Below the pieces are notes generated by a model that was given only the letters and a program-made list of their open reading frames with translations, had not been told where the DNA came from and made no database searches. Shown one piece after another: positions 50,301 through 60,389 of a DNA stretch of 64,000 nt (positions are counted from its first letter, which is position 1; the number at the start of each line of letters is the position of its first letter). Origin of the DNA: a virus; IMG/VR virus record IMGVR_UViG_3300035099_000047, positions 32,001 to 96,000 of that record. One strand, 5' to 3'. Made by a program: the position numbers and the translations under genes.

Positions 50301-51499
50301 GGCGGAGATCCGCATTCTGCTGCACTAGAACAAGTGCCCCCTGGTGGAGTGCAACCAGATAGTTGAGCGGGGGTTTGGCAGGCTAATTCACAAGCGTCCT
50401 GACAAGAGTACTGAATGCTGGTTTGGCAATGGGCTTGACAGTAACCCTTGCAAGTTTCCTCATAACTTTGACAAGTACCTTGACAGTGTTGCTGACACTG
50501 CTGCCGACAGGAACTTTGACAAGAGCTTTGGCAGGTATCCTGACAATAACTTTGACATGGGTCTTCGCAACCCTGTTCACAAGCCTCTTGGCAAAAGAAC
50601 ATGCAAGCGTTTTGACATTTATGTTCACACCGAGCTTGGCATACTGGTTCACAGGAGCTTTTGCAACTTAATTCGCACAAAGCAGCGCATTTGGTCTGAC
50701 AACTTAGCTGACATGCTCCAGTGCAAGTAAGAGTGAGTGATTCATCATCTGCTATGAGATTGGATGGTTCTTCGTCGAACAAAGCAACCATTCTGCTACC
50801 ATCCGCCCCATCGCAGGTTTCCTTAACCCAGTCGGGGTAGTCTTCAGTGCATATCGGTACCGGCGGCAACACCTGAATTGGCACCACCTCTTGCAAATCG
50901 TGAACCAAAGACAATGCATCTGGATAGCTAAGCTGACCAGGCACCAGCCCGGAATGGTTTGTACATCGTAGATCAACAGGACCCTCCCATGGCAACACAG
51001 ACTCTAACACTGCCCCCATACGGAGGCCATATGGAATACTGCTAGTAAACAACACTCGAGCAGCACGGTAAGGGTGGCTTAGGGACTGACTGGCCGAATA
51101 ATCCACCGTTTCATTCAAACTACCTTTGTACAACTCCACTGGGTTGTAATTACCCAGTCCCTTCAACTTCATCATCCTGATCCAGCTTAACACCAATCCC
51201 TTGATCTTGTAGCTGTTCACCAACTCCTTGGCATACTCCCTTTGGTGGAACAGAGGTAGTTCCTGGGGGCTCTCACTACCCAATGCCTTGGTCAACAAGG
51301 CCAATATCAGAGAGCTAGTGGATTCCAAATTGATCAATCCCCGCAGACCTTCGATCAAGCCTGCAGTGGAATCTATTTGTTCTTGGATCGCAGCCAGAAT
51401 CTGCTGCAAGATAGGGCCACCGGGGAGATCGCCAGAGGCATCAGAGTCCTTCTGGCGTAGAACCAGGGGTAGCAGATCATATGCACCGATCTTGGTCAT
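47387..51499 (-). CDS. baseplate gpI-like protein fused to three Cx3C tracts and beta-sandwich domains
   Basis: YDLLPLVLRQKD...YKIKG N-terminus; follows the baseplate J gene. Confidence 0.8.
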   Translation of the reverse strand: MTKIGAYDLLPLVLRQKDSDASGDLPGGPILQQILAAIQEQIDSTAGLIEGLRGLINLESTSSLILALLTKALGSESPQELPLFHQREYAKELVNSYKIKGLVLSWIRMMKLKGLGNYNPVELYKGSLNETVDYSASQSLSHPYRAARVLFTSSIPYGLRMGAVLESVLPWEGPVDLRCTNHSGLVPGQLSYPDALSLVHDLQEVVPIQVLPPVPICTEDYPDWVKETCDGADGSRMVALFDEEPSNLIADDESLTLTCTGACQLSCQTKCAALCELSCKSSCEPVCQARCEHKCQNACMFFCQEACEQGCEDPCQSYCQDTCQSSCQSSCRQQCQQHCQGTCQSYEETCKGYCQAHCQTSIQYSCQDACELACQTPAQLSGCTPPGGTCSSAAECGSPPTGYQGMWGSPNPDETKGCLTTAETCQTISQTITTTYGPCNLTMELPHSTPPSTSDPHASPSVVMTGAQVANVEVVIYGEDSNGHPVAYWGVTNREGLANMVVPPGHYTVMPLWYDYPPLTFSPSSQEVDFISGTSPTVNFTTSWHPGSSTSGTFVAMSRSFCGWYGELPVNEPKTASGYHREPHNAWARVSLDEALDFLVEAGIDPNSVPGTIVSAFRNYGQIVFSAPDVNLGEITHLMLYDRDYRYAPTGEQLIGWSPLVPHLYVYAHNSLKIPHRSQVFYLLLSKRVGRKKLGDQIAEQWSVTTHMLEPTICETTCQLICQEACTTGCQIQHLDYPCTSGCTSWCTGGCTGGCTAGTQTCEGGTCQLSCTGGCTTDCTVGCHSDCTTGCTSANQADIPKITLRAERSWNFTTDPRETSGSGKWYLAGELSTRIGGWDPSGYIYSELYRDDKPYRMPFETTITWRLVGSWKEIFGIPDNATVVGVRFIGMNTRCLIWDNVGVQDFVQYGAAGVNCNTAIPSILWWGRRVFGVENDWLYMNPGSIHGISEGLGGATDSVEFMLQSLFHLSQTGGHARIGYNNLTLEVRYQTPKTTGCTTKCQASCETECETGCASHCEYHCQDDCQTHYEGPCTTYCETHCESDCQELWAALGCGDVQVSPCGSRCQQSCQYNCQANSCETRTQLGCSRTCQTKCQMAPCQTLSQYSSCVSTSCETTCMTDCQYECENVCQRFCQGEAQVGECMGSCQLDCQTTCQKHCQTYYQYGGSLWVAQYPTGEPCETTCQSWCQPVCQSGTCQSQSQTDYTGCLTSYQGSCQVVTCQTQNQFSCVNYCETWKQFRDCISQCQVACQVGGLESGTGDIPCKIVCQYDCQALCELTCQAAACETRRETDCHTACEAWNQVSGCTTLCQGGSCQSGCEPIAQVVGCSERCQSVCEAVCQLQCQIACEATGCQLNCQVAGCQVYAQPSV

Positions 51500-51508
51500 G
51501 ATCTGCTC

Positions 51509-53518
51509 CTAGTCACTAAGCAGATCTACTATAAAAGTCCCCGGTACGACCAACTGGTTCTTTTCTACTGGTATGTCCCCAGCCACCACGCTCAGCAACT
51601 GCGTATAGTTGGTGGCAATGCTAGTTTCAGCACTAGGGGCATTGGTAAACGTAAACTCATAGGCTCCGGTTTCATAATCAATCACAGCCACCTTGGTATC
51701 ATCTTTATTTCCAACCAAACGACCATGACCGTCATCTGTTACCACTTGAACTCCATCAGTAAAAGCCACAGTGTTTTTGATCAACGGAGGGTAAGTGAGT
51801 TTGCCCGTGAAGGTGCGGGTAATGCCATTAGTCGTAGCAATATCAGTTTCATTGCGTAGGTACTGCAATGGGTAGCGGTACTCAATTTTAATCTCAGCAT
51901 TCAGTGGTACCGCTTCTCTCAAGGTGAAATTCAAATCCCCAGTGGCATAATCCACCGTGTTCTCAGCCGTAGGATCCACATCCCCAATCAAACGCCCATC
52001 TCCGTTGTCTGTAATCACCAAAGTGTCAGCCTTAATGGTAATGCTACTAGGGCGGGGCACTTGCTGAGTGGTGTAATCAAACTGAGTAGTATGTCCGTCT
52101 GACAATCCAATCAATTCAGTTTTCTTGTAGGTAGCGGTCACAAGCCGTACCAAACTGTGCTCCACCCCGCTAGAGGCCTGTATAGTGCTGTAAAGCTTGC
52201 TCATGCGTACAGCCGTGCCAGGCTGATTACTTGGGTTGTTTAACAACGCCGTTAGGGCATAGTTGACATTGGTCAAAGTTTCGCTATTGCTTAGAAGGCC
52301 GTTTGGCACCACCCCTACATCCAGATCCAAGTACACTATGTTACCGTCCAACACATCCACATCTACGGTAATGATACGCACTGCTCCAGTGCCGTTGTTG
52401 TTAAAATAGGCAGATACTGCGTTTTTCAAGCCTTCGCTGGGAGGTACTATGTTACCCAATTCATTTCGTGCCCACAAGTATAAGTCTACAAGGTTGCTCT
52501 CTGGTACATTTTGATGAAGTTGTGCCTTGGCGTGAGACGGAGCACCGTAAATGGGATCTTTGAAGGTAGAAGCCAAGGTATCAAAATCAGATTCTGTAAC
52601 TGCGCGGCCGTTGGCCACCACCGATTTCGGGGCCCAAAACTTAGCGTGGTCAATTGTTTCTTTTTCTTCACCACCGCTACCACGTTCATTGTTGTACAGA
52701 GCCACGTCTACTGTTTGAATTGGCATGGTACCACTCAAGTTACCTGGTACCGATACATCAATATCCCCAATAGGCACATTGCCAACCACTCCGCCTCCTA
52801 TACGATAACTACATGAAATGGTAGCATTCTTGGTAGGTATTTGACCGCTGGTGCCGTCCCCAAATTTCACGTATCCATAGTCATCCACATCGGTGCGTAC
52901 ACTGTAACTTTGGTCCACTCCACTGCTGTAAACCAACGATTCTACTTCGTCCCAAGCGAAGCCATCTACAGTTACACTCAAGCTACCATCAATCAACGGA
53001 GTGCTGGAGAGCTTGAACTCTTGAAATGCGGTACCATCGCTAGTGAATTCATCAGTAACAGTTAGCCCTTGGACAAAAGTAAGATCCGCTGTCAAGTGAC
53101 CAGCCGGTATGGTTTGGTCCGTTAGACTTTCAAACTTGACTCCCGTTACACTGCTGATTTCCGTGTGTGCAGGTATCACGGTGTCATAGGTTTGAATAGA
53201 TGGAAGAGTAGCCGTGAGAAGGACTGAGGCGCTAGTAGCTGGCCGAAGGTTATACCCTATGAGCCTGCAGAGCAAAATCACACTTTCTCGATCTTTGGCT
53301 GTAGGGAGGAATTGTTCGTTGCAATAAGTGTCTATCATGAAGGAAAGGGAATCAAACGTAAATGCAACTAGCTCCATTAGGCAGGTCCCAATTGAGCTTT
53401 CAGTAAAGTCTTTCCATGTATTGGGAAACCTGGCCCGAATGTTGGCCTGAAGCGCAGCAAGTATCGTGGAATAGTCTTGATTTGTATAGTCTATTGCAGG
53501 AGTAGTGGTCATCCTCAC
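51509..53518 (-). CDS. baseplate J / T4 gp6-like wedge protein
   Basis: IDYTNQDY, EQFLPTAKDRES, FGDG, RAVTESDF. Confidence 0.9.
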   Translation of the reverse strand: MRMTTTPAIDYTNQDYSTILAALQANIRARFPNTWKDFTESSIGTCLMELVAFTFDSLSFMIDTYCNEQFLPTAKDRESVILLCRLIGYNLRPATSASVLLTATLPSIQTYDTVIPAHTEISSVTGVKFESLTDQTIPAGHLTADLTFVQGLTVTDEFTSDGTAFQEFKLSSTPLIDGSLSVTVDGFAWDEVESLVYSSGVDQSYSVRTDVDDYGYVKFGDGTSGQIPTKNATISCSYRIGGGVVGNVPIGDIDVSVPGNLSGTMPIQTVDVALYNNERGSGGEEKETIDHAKFWAPKSVVANGRAVTESDFDTLASTFKDPIYGAPSHAKAQLHQNVPESNLVDLYLWARNELGNIVPPSEGLKNAVSAYFNNNGTGAVRIITVDVDVLDGNIVYLDLDVGVVPNGLLSNSETLTNVNYALTALLNNPSNQPGTAVRMSKLYSTIQASSGVEHSLVRLVTATYKKTELIGLSDGHTTQFDYTTQQVPRPSSITIKADTLVITDNGDGRLIGDVDPTAENTVDYATGDLNFTLREAVPLNAEIKIEYRYPLQYLRNETDIATTNGITRTFTGKLTYPPLIKNTVAFTDGVQVVTDDGHGRLVGNKDDTKVAVIDYETGAYEFTFTNAPSAETSIATNYTQLLSVVAGDIPVEKNQLVVPGTFIVDLLSD

Positions 53519-53925
53519 GCTCCAACTATGAACGAGGTTGTTTGCGGTTCAGAACGAGGTTGGTAGCGGTCACGATACACAACGCTGACCAACACCTTAC
53601 TACCATTTTCTTCCGGTATGGAAGAGTTGACTGATATGACTTCCAATCGAGGGTCCCACTTGGGCACCACTCGCTGAACAATAGCAGTCAAATCGCCCTG
53701 CACCCGGGCCCCGGCAGGTTCAAACAGTAGTTCCATAATGTTACTACCAAACTCACACAGCATCACCCGCTCACCTAGCATAGTCATGATTATCATTTCC
53801 ACAGAAGAGGCGAGCACATCATGATCATTTTTGATTTCAAAGTAACTCTTAAGATTCGATCCCCATGGCCAAGCCATTCCACCGTAATTGAACGAATTGG
53901 CCAAGGGAGTTGGGAGCGTAGACAT
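53515..53925 (-). CDS. gpW/gp25-like baseplate protein
   Basis: TMLGERVMLCEFGS..LLFEP, WDPRL. Confidence 0.9.
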   Translation of the reverse strand: MSTLPTPLANSFNYGGMAWPWGSNLKSYFEIKNDHDVLASSVEMIIMTMLGERVMLCEFGSNIMELLFEPAGARVQGDLTAIVQRVVPKWDPRLEVISVNSSIPEENGSKVLVSVVYRDRYQPRSEPQTTSFIVGA

Positions 53926-53927
53926 GA

Positions 53928-54842
53928 TTAGCGGTCCTTGAAACCCTTGACGTGCCGGGCATTTGCTTTGATTTCACTTGGGCTCATCACAATACTACTA
54001 CTCACACTGATAGGGGAATACATGTTGGAGCCATCCGGCTGTGGGCTTTCCTGAATGCCGGTTTTGCTTGGCCCTAACCCCAATTGACCCGCCGTTTGGC
54101 CCGTGCTGTCGATGCATCGCAGAGTGAGCTTGCTACCCCTGAAATTACTGAGCACTGGCTGACCGTCCTTGTCATTCCCATCCAGGCCTGCTATTGGATT
54201 GCCCGAGTTATCACATTCCACATTGGCAATCACATCTACATAGACCCCTTTGACCTTGATTTTGTCATCGCTTTGAACTGTGAATGGGTACTTGCTTTTC
54301 ACTGTCATCTTGTGCCGTTTCAAGTCCATTTTGATGTAGGTGTCGTACTCCCCATGTTTACCTGGTGTACGAGTTTCTTCTCCTGTATCAGGATCTCGTT
54401 CTACTGTATCATCTCGACCTGCATAAATCTCCACACTTTCATCACTCACCAAGCGCACCATCTGACCACCTCTGGTGCGCCACATCTTGATGTCTGGATA
54501 GCGGTAGGTATTGGCGTACTTAGCCTTGCCTGGGAATTCACTGTGAGAGAACCAACCGCCCAACCAACAAGGGGCTGCAGGATCACCCCCCTCAAACACC
54601 ACCATTACCAAAGATTGGACTGGGGGTATATCCACAAACCCACAGTTGGAGCCAGAGCTAGGGAACATGGGGAATGCCCATGGGAGTTGATCTGCAGTGG
54701 CATTGTTGCCATGAATCAAGGGCACCCGCACCTTGAGTCGCCCACAATGGGTGTTGCGAGGTTCATCCCGGTCATCTTTGAGAACAACACCTCGGTAGAT
54801 TCCAAGGTATCGTGGACCATCGGGCGTTTGGATGAGGGTCAA
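53928..54842 (-). CDS. baseplate spike (gpV/gp5 OB-fold)
   Basis: YRGVV, GRLKVRVP, PWAFP, VFEGGDP. Confidence 0.85.
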   Translation of the reverse strand: MTLIQTPDGPRYLGIYRGVVLKDDRDEPRNTHCGRLKVRVPLIHGNNATADQLPWAFPMFPSSGSNCGFVDIPPVQSLVMVVFEGGDPAAPCWLGGWFSHSEFPGKAKYANTYRYPDIKMWRTRGGQMVRLVSDESVEIYAGRDDTVERDPDTGEETRTPGKHGEYDTYIKMDLKRHKMTVKSKYPFTVQSDDKIKVKGVYVDVIANVECDNSGNPIAGLDGNDKDGQPVLSNFRGSKLTLRCIDSTGQTAGQLGLGPSKTGIQESPQPDGSNMYSPISVSSSIVMSPSEIKANARHVKGFKDR

Positions 54843-55030
54843 TTTAGTTTCCTATCCACATTAACTTGCCGTTTAACGTGAAAGTGTAACCACTCCCAAA
54901 ATGGCGAGCAAGCCGCAACAATCCGCGTTATCTCACCGTTTAACGTGAATTGTCCGGTGCTTGACTAAAACTACCAACAGCCCTTGCTGCGCTTGTTAGA
55001 CAACAATCTACGTGGCTCTACGGGGCTGTT

Positions 55031-56212
55031 TTAGCCATTCCCCTCCCACCTTTTTTCCAAAACAACATACGCTTTTAATTCCCCTTGGGTGCATATGTTG
55101 CGAACTTTATTCAATTGCCAAATCCCACTACTAGAGTCTGGATCATCCCACTCTTGACAAACTACTCTCACCTTGTCCCCTGGCGTCAATCCCACAGAAA
55201 ACGGCACCTCACTTACCATTTTATACAAGCCACGAGCATTGCGAGCCCAGCGGGACTCAGCCTCGTGTTTCAACTGTTCTGTAGTCGTTTTGCCCCAAAG
55301 ATTGCGGTTCTCAGCAAAATGAGAGAATGATTGTGTTGCCGTACCCCATTCTCGATCGAAAGGTCTGCCACGAGCTAAGTAGTTAAAATCCGCATTGCTT
55401 TCGTAGGTTTCATGCCATTGATAACGATTACTCATGGGGTCATGACCATTCACTCGCATACGACCAGACCCGTCCCAAACCTGTTGGGCTACAGTCTTGA
55501 TTGCTTCCGGCCCCGCCATTATTATGATATTAGGATCGTCCTGAACCCAGTCACTAAACTTTAACCGAGGAGATTCTGTACTATTGGAAGGGCGAAATAC
55601 AACTGTGTCACCATCCCGAACCCAAAACCTCCAATCCTTGCGACCACTGCGACTGTAGGCCAAAGGTAACAAATAGTTCTTGATGAATGATCCTGAACTG
55701 CACTTGCCATTGCTGATAGTATATTGACCTACAGTTTCCTCCACATCAGCATCTAGTCCAGCATCCTCGGCCAACTCGGTCACAATATCGCTGACACGAG
55801 CTCGCTCCCAGTTGCGGTCTATGGGGTGGCACCGATTCAGTGCGTTACCATGGCACAACCCTTTGAAATTGAAAACAGTTAAGTCCCCCCAAGTTCGTTT
55901 ACGGCCTTGCAACAGCTCTAGTGTTTTCCAGTTAGTTAGCTTCTTGAGGTAAGGAGTAATGGGAAAATTAACTGGATTCTGAGGATTTATTCCATCTACT
56001 CCAAAACGAAAGCGGAATGTAAACCCAGTGCCTCCATCCAACGCCAAAAAATCGTTGAATCGGTCGCTGACTTTATCCACTAGGTTCATTGCCCATTTAG
56101 CGCAACCATCCAGACTTTCCTCATATAAAAAACTGACTAACATACCATTATTTAACAAAACGGGGTCGTCAAACCCTGGGGCATCCACATCAATCCAAGG
56201 AGTGATAGGCAT
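55031..56212 (-). CDS. baseplate hub (gpD/gp27-like)
   Basis: SDIVTELAEDAGL, SGIWQLNKV; gene position. Confidence 0.7.
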   Translation of the reverse strand: MPITPWIDVDAPGFDDPVLLNNGMLVSFLYEESLDGCAKWAMNLVDKVSDRFNDFLALDGGTGFTFRFRFGVDGINPQNPVNFPITPYLKKLTNWKTLELLQGRKRTWGDLTVFNFKGLCHGNALNRCHPIDRNWERARVSDIVTELAEDAGLDADVEETVGQYTISNGKCSSGSFIKNYLLPLAYSRSGRKDWRFWVRDGDTVVFRPSNSTESPRLKFSDWVQDDPNIIIMAGPEAIKTVAQQVWDGSGRMRVNGHDPMSNRYQWHETYESNADFNYLARGRPFDREWGTATQSFSHFAENRNLWGKTTTEQLKHEAESRWARNARGLYKMVSEVPFSVGLTPGDKVRVVCQEWDDPDSSSGIWQLNKVRNICTQGELKAYVVLEKRWEGNG

Positions 56213-56214
56213 GG

Positions 56215-56586
56215 TTAATCAAACAACGCTTTGTTACCCTCGGTAAGGGCTCTTTCCACTGCTGATTCTAACGGTATTTTAAGAGCCATACCAGGATACA
56301 TCTCAGCCAATGGGTCCTTGATGTTGTTAACACTAGCTATTGCCCACCACAAGTCTTCACGTTTGTAAAAGGCATAGCTGATCTTATCCAACCGGCCCAC
56401 ATCGGCTACTTGAACCTCATAATTGTAATAGTTGGTCATGTCGATTTTAGGACGGTTCCATACGCCCCAACGCAACCCGTACTTGCCTCGAATGGTATCG
56501 CCATGCAAACGGGTAAGCTGGAACCGGCTACCAGAAGGCAGCTGAGACGCTTTGGAACGCAACAGGTCATCCACGACTGAAGACAT
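56215..56586 (-). CDS. LysM/gp53-like baseplate protein
   Basis: RLDKISYAFY..LWWAIASVNNIKDP..GMALKIP. Confidence 0.85.
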   Translation of the reverse strand: MSSVVDDLLRSKASQLPSGSRFQLTRLHGDTIRGKYGLRWGVWNRPKIDMTNYYNYEVQVADVGRLDKISYAFYKREDLWWAIASVNNIKDPLAEMYPGMALKIPLESAVERALTEGNKALFD

Positions 56587-57190
56587 AGCTAGTACACGTC
56601 ACCCTTTCTGATAAGAACTTAATATCAGCCAATCCAGATTCTCCATATTCCCCAAAATGGCGACGGAACCCTAAGTTGACGTCTACTACAGTAGGTAAGC
56701 CGTATTGGTCTCCGCAACCCCCCCTAAAAGTTACCGTTGAACTAACAAAATACCCCCAAGCACTCCACCAGTATCCTACAACAGGTCCTTTCAATCCCAC
56801 AGCACATAGAGGGGAAGAGCTGAAACGGCTACTAAGCCAACGAGGTTTAGCTAAATTTGACAACCCTTCAGCCACGCTCTTAATGGCTGCTCCATCCTCC
56901 AACGTATATCCATTAAAATAGCAACCACAAAACAGCGTGATGGGAAACTCATAATCATCGAATTGACCACTCTTAAAATTGAAACCCCGAGGGTGGGGGT
57001 TTAACTCGGTGGTACCTGCCATGGCCTCCAATTCCAACTTATACGTTTCTGCAAACTCTTCAGCCAACTTTCCAGACACCACCAAGTCAAAATAACGGTA
57101 GCCTGGGCTCAATGCAGGCATGCTGGCATCCAACATAATAATCAAGTGGCTAGCCTTTGCAGGGATGTCAGTCTTATAATCGGCCATCAA
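56567..57190 (-). CDS. tail-tube initiator-like protein
   Basis: Position after the tape measure; GLPTVVDVNLGF. Confidence 0.5.
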   Translation of the reverse strand: MMADYKTDIPAKASHLIIMLDASMPALSPGYRYFDLVVSGKLAEEFAETYKLELEAMAGTTELNPHPRGFNFKSGQFDDYEFPITLFCGCYFNGYTLEDGAAIKSVAEGLSNLAKPRWLSSRFSSSPLCAVGLKGPVVGYWWSAWGYFVSSTVTFRGGCGDQYGLPTVVDVNLGFRRHFGEYGESGLADIKFLSERVTCTSYVFSRG

Positions 57191-60100
57191 ATGGTTCCAA
57201 ATTGGCTGAGTTTTTCCAGATCACTAACATCCAAGTCCTTAGCTTGCTTAAATGTCCGATCAGCGAAGTCAATCAAGGCTGCAGTTTGATTGGTAATGGC
57301 ATCTACAATGGGTTGAGCAAATTTGGTAGACTTCATAATGGTATCCAAATCGACATCTACTGTTACATCAGGCAATTCCGGGGCCAACAGACTTCGGATA
57401 GGTTGAGGGATCAACGGCATTAAGGGAACAAACATCTGCTGGATGCATTCAGCCAAATAGTCCTTCTGTCCAAAAATACCCTCGCTGAATGCACTTACAA
57501 AATTAACACCGGCTTCTGCCAGTTGACTTAATGGGCCCTTCAAGGCATCCGAATGAGGCAAATAATCATCTGCCGTTTGGGCTATTGTTTCTGTTGCTTT
57601 AGCTACTTGATCTTGTTGATTGATTTCGCCTTCAGCAAACGCACTAACTACGGCCTCCCCGCTCTTTTTACCCTCTTGTACAACCTCATCCTCAACATTG
57701 ATACCCAATATCCACCTTATTGGCTTGGGTATCTTGTGAATCAAACGCTTCACCCATTCCCATACAGCCCCCAAACTATTCTTGAAACCTTCCCACAAAG
57801 CATAAAAGGCGTTCCCTATAGCTTCAATGCCAGCCAAGAATGATTTTTTGAGTTCTTCCCAATGCTGAACCACATATTTGATGGCCAGTATCGCCCAACC
57901 CAATGGACCCATTGCTATTAGTAGCGCAGTCTTGATCTTGCTGGAACCACTCCAAATCCAAGTAAACAACTTCGTAAAAAACCAGATCAGGCCCTTGATC
58001 ATTAGCACCGGCCAAGTCAAAGGCGCAAACATGAATTTGATTGCCTTGCCTATGAAAGAGCTACCTTCCGACATCCAACTCTTCAATCTTTCCCAGACCT
58101 TCTTCAAACTTTGAACCGCTAGTATCGCCCAACCCAATGGACCCATAGCTATTAACAATGCCGTTCTAACTTTGCCGGAACCACTCCAAATCCAATTCCA
58201 CAAGAACACTATGCCTCTCCACAGCAACTTGACCCCCTCTATAACCAAGAATATTGGGGCAAGGGCTATTTTGAAAACAAATATGAAAACCTTTCCCAAC
58301 CATAGCAGCGCTGGAATGACTCCGGGACTACCCCCCACAATGGCTTTGATCAAACGGTAAATACCATATGTCAAGGCCACAACAGCTATGACTATCCAAG
58401 TTATCGGGTTCGCCCACAGTGCAGCGTTAAAAGCCCATGACGCTCCAGTCAAAATCCATTCCCATATAGCAGCCCCCTTGATATTTGTGGTTAAAAGGGG
58501 TAGCACTATGGACCCCATAAACATCAATATAGTAGCAACCTTGTCAAGTATTCCAGATTGATCACCAAATACAGCGCTGAGTCCCAGTGCCACAGAGCCT
58601 ACGAGGGACATAGCTTTGCTCAGCCTACCAGCTGCCATGGTATCTGCTATTTTAGCTCCTGTACTTGCAGCTATTGCAGAAGCTTCATGCCTCTTTTGCC
58701 TCTCAAGCAACTTGCTAGAAGACCAGTGTCTCAACTGGGCAAAATGGTTCTTGATCCACTCCCATTTTTCCAACACCAACATTTCCCACACCCGTTTCAG
58801 TGACCGCACTAAATCGTTGTGTATAAACGAGGCAAACCCTTTCCTGATTCTCAAATTTTTGATATAAAGCCACGTACTTTGCCTTATCATATTGTTATCA
58901 TGAGCCCATTTAGCAGCGGAAACTATCAACCCTCGTATTAGCTGCCATTGGGTTTGAATGAGATGAGCTAAAGCTCCATAAGCCTTCACTCCCAAATGCC
59001 ATGTATACCGTATTAACAAAGGCAACAACAATACTCCTAACACCCAACCCAAAACTTTCAAAACTACATTCAACCAACTCAACCTTTTACCTATTATTGA
59101 TAACACTTGACCCAGCTTACCAGACCCTGGTATGAAACTTCCCGTCAAGATATTGGCTATCCCCTCGAATAAACCACTAACCGGAGCCAAAACGAACTCT
59201 ACCGATTCTATGGCTTTGGCCAAAAGGTTTACCACGGGAAGCAGAGCGGTTAAAACCACCTTGAATAAAGGGACTAATAACAACACTATCCTACCTATCA
59301 CTGCTGCCATATCCATCAAGGCTGGCTGAACTGATGCAAACAAAGTCAAAAAGGCTTGTTGAATAGGCCAAATGGCTACCTTGATAAAATAATGCAACAT
59401 CTGCAAAAGGGGCTCAAAAATTTGAGTAATAGCCGAAGTGACTATTTTAACTGTGTCTCCAAGGGCATCACCTATTGCAATGACAAGCGCATCCAACGCT
59501 CTTTCCCCCATGCCACCCCCTTTGCCAAAAATCCTGCTGAACATACCACTGGTTGCCTTGCCCTGCTTTTCTAATTCCTTAGCCAACTCAGGCAAGAAAC
59601 CTTTTTTAGCAGCATTGATCATAAGGTCACTGAGTGCCTTCTTAAATTCAGGGGTACCGGGAGCAACCTTGTTTAGGCTTTTACTATACTCCTTCAACCA
59701 GAACTTCAAGAACTTCGGATTAGTTAGGTTCTTGAAAAAAGACAAGGGTAATGATGGGTCTTTAGAGAAAGCAACAAACACTTTCTGCAGCGACTTTTCA
59801 ATCTCTCCAAGATTAGGTTCCTTTTCCAAGTGTTTCCAAACCTTGCGCAAGATGGGGATACTAGAATGCTCAAACGCTATTGCAAAATCCTTCCCTGTTT
59901 TACCCATCAAATCCGTAAAGGCTTTGGCCCGTTTAGCTTCCTCTGCCAACCTTGCAAACTCAAATATAGGTTGGATGTCCACCTTGCCTGCATAAGACAA
60001 AGTACCAAATAATTCTTTATGAAACTTCTGAATGAATTTTGGATCGAAATTTTCGGTTAGCTTCTTTATGGCATCGGATGCTCCAGGGATAGCAGCTTCC

Positions 60101-60306
60101 GCTGCCCCAGCCATTTCGATCATAGCATCAGAGTAGTCCTTTGATTGAATTGTACCCTGCTGAAATTTAGTGCCAAGCTCATCAACTACATCTTGAATTG
60201 CTTTTTGATACCGTACAAAAGCGGTCTGGTCCTGAGCAAACTTCTCAGCCAGATCAGACTCCAAACCTATTTGCCAACTGATTATTCGATCAGTGGGGGT
60301 GGGCAT
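57187..60306 (-). CDS. tape measure protein
   Basis: 1039 aa helical/hydrophobic; ANPITWIV; repeated WIWSGS..TALLIAMGPLGWAILA; PHSDALKGPLS. Confidence 0.85.
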   Translation of the reverse strand: MPTPTDRIISWQIGLESDLAEKFAQDQTAFVRYQKAIQDVVDELGTKFQQGTIQSKDYSDAMIEMAGAAEAAIPGASDAIKKLTENFDPKFIQKFHKELFGTLSYAGKVDIQPIFEFARLAEEAKRAKAFTDLMGKTGKDFAIAFEHSSIPILRKVWKHLEKEPNLGEIEKSLQKVFVAFSKDPSLPLSFFKNLTNPKFLKFWLKEYSKSLNKVAPGTPEFKKALSDLMINAAKKGFLPELAKELEKQGKATSGMFSRIFGKGGGMGERALDALVIAIGDALGDTVKIVTSAITQIFEPLLQMLHYFIKVAIWPIQQAFLTLFASVQPALMDMAAVIGRIVLLLVPLFKVVLTALLPVVNLLAKAIESVEFVLAPVSGLFEGIANILTGSFIPGSGKLGQVLSIIGKRLSWLNVVLKVLGWVLGVLLLPLLIRYTWHLGVKAYGALAHLIQTQWQLIRGLIVSAAKWAHDNNMIRQSTWLYIKNLRIRKGFASFIHNDLVRSLKRVWEMLVLEKWEWIKNHFAQLRHWSSSKLLERQKRHEASAIAASTGAKIADTMAAGRLSKAMSLVGSVALGLSAVFGDQSGILDKVATILMFMGSIVLPLLTTNIKGAAIWEWILTGASWAFNAALWANPITWIVIAVVALTYGIYRLIKAIVGGSPGVIPALLWLGKVFIFVFKIALAPIFLVIEGVKLLWRGIVFLWNWIWSGSGKVRTALLIAMGPLGWAILAVQSLKKVWERLKSWMSEGSSFIGKAIKFMFAPLTWPVLMIKGLIWFFTKLFTWIWSGSSKIKTALLIAMGPLGWAILAIKYVVQHWEELKKSFLAGIEAIGNAFYALWEGFKNSLGAVWEWVKRLIHKIPKPIRWILGINVEDEVVQEGKKSGEAVVSAFAEGEINQQDQVAKATETIAQTADDYLPHSDALKGPLSQLAEAGVNFVSAFSEGIFGQKDYLAECIQQMFVPLMPLIPQPIRSLLAPELPDVTVDVDLDTIMKSTKFAQPIVDAITNQTAALIDFADRTFKQAKDLDVSDLEKLSQFGTI

Positions 60307-60389
60307 AGCTGTCTTTGCTTAGAAACTTTGTTAGGTTGCTTACCACTTCTTGTTTTCCGATGCTTTTTACGGTTTCTTTTAGCAAGCCA

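Noticed and set aside
41389-50730. Thr/Leu-rich plus-strand ORFs and Val/Lys-rich alternate-frame ORFs
   Set aside because: Shadows of the Cys-repeat genes.
41308-51499. Diversity-generating retroelement or invertible tail-fibre cassette
   Set aside because: No reverse transcriptase, no adenine-specific TR/VR pair, and no oppositely oriented fibre fragments were seen.
54869-54949. Direct repeat CCGTTTAACGTGAA x2 between hub and spike genes
   Set aside because: Could be a regulatory site, but two copies give too little support.
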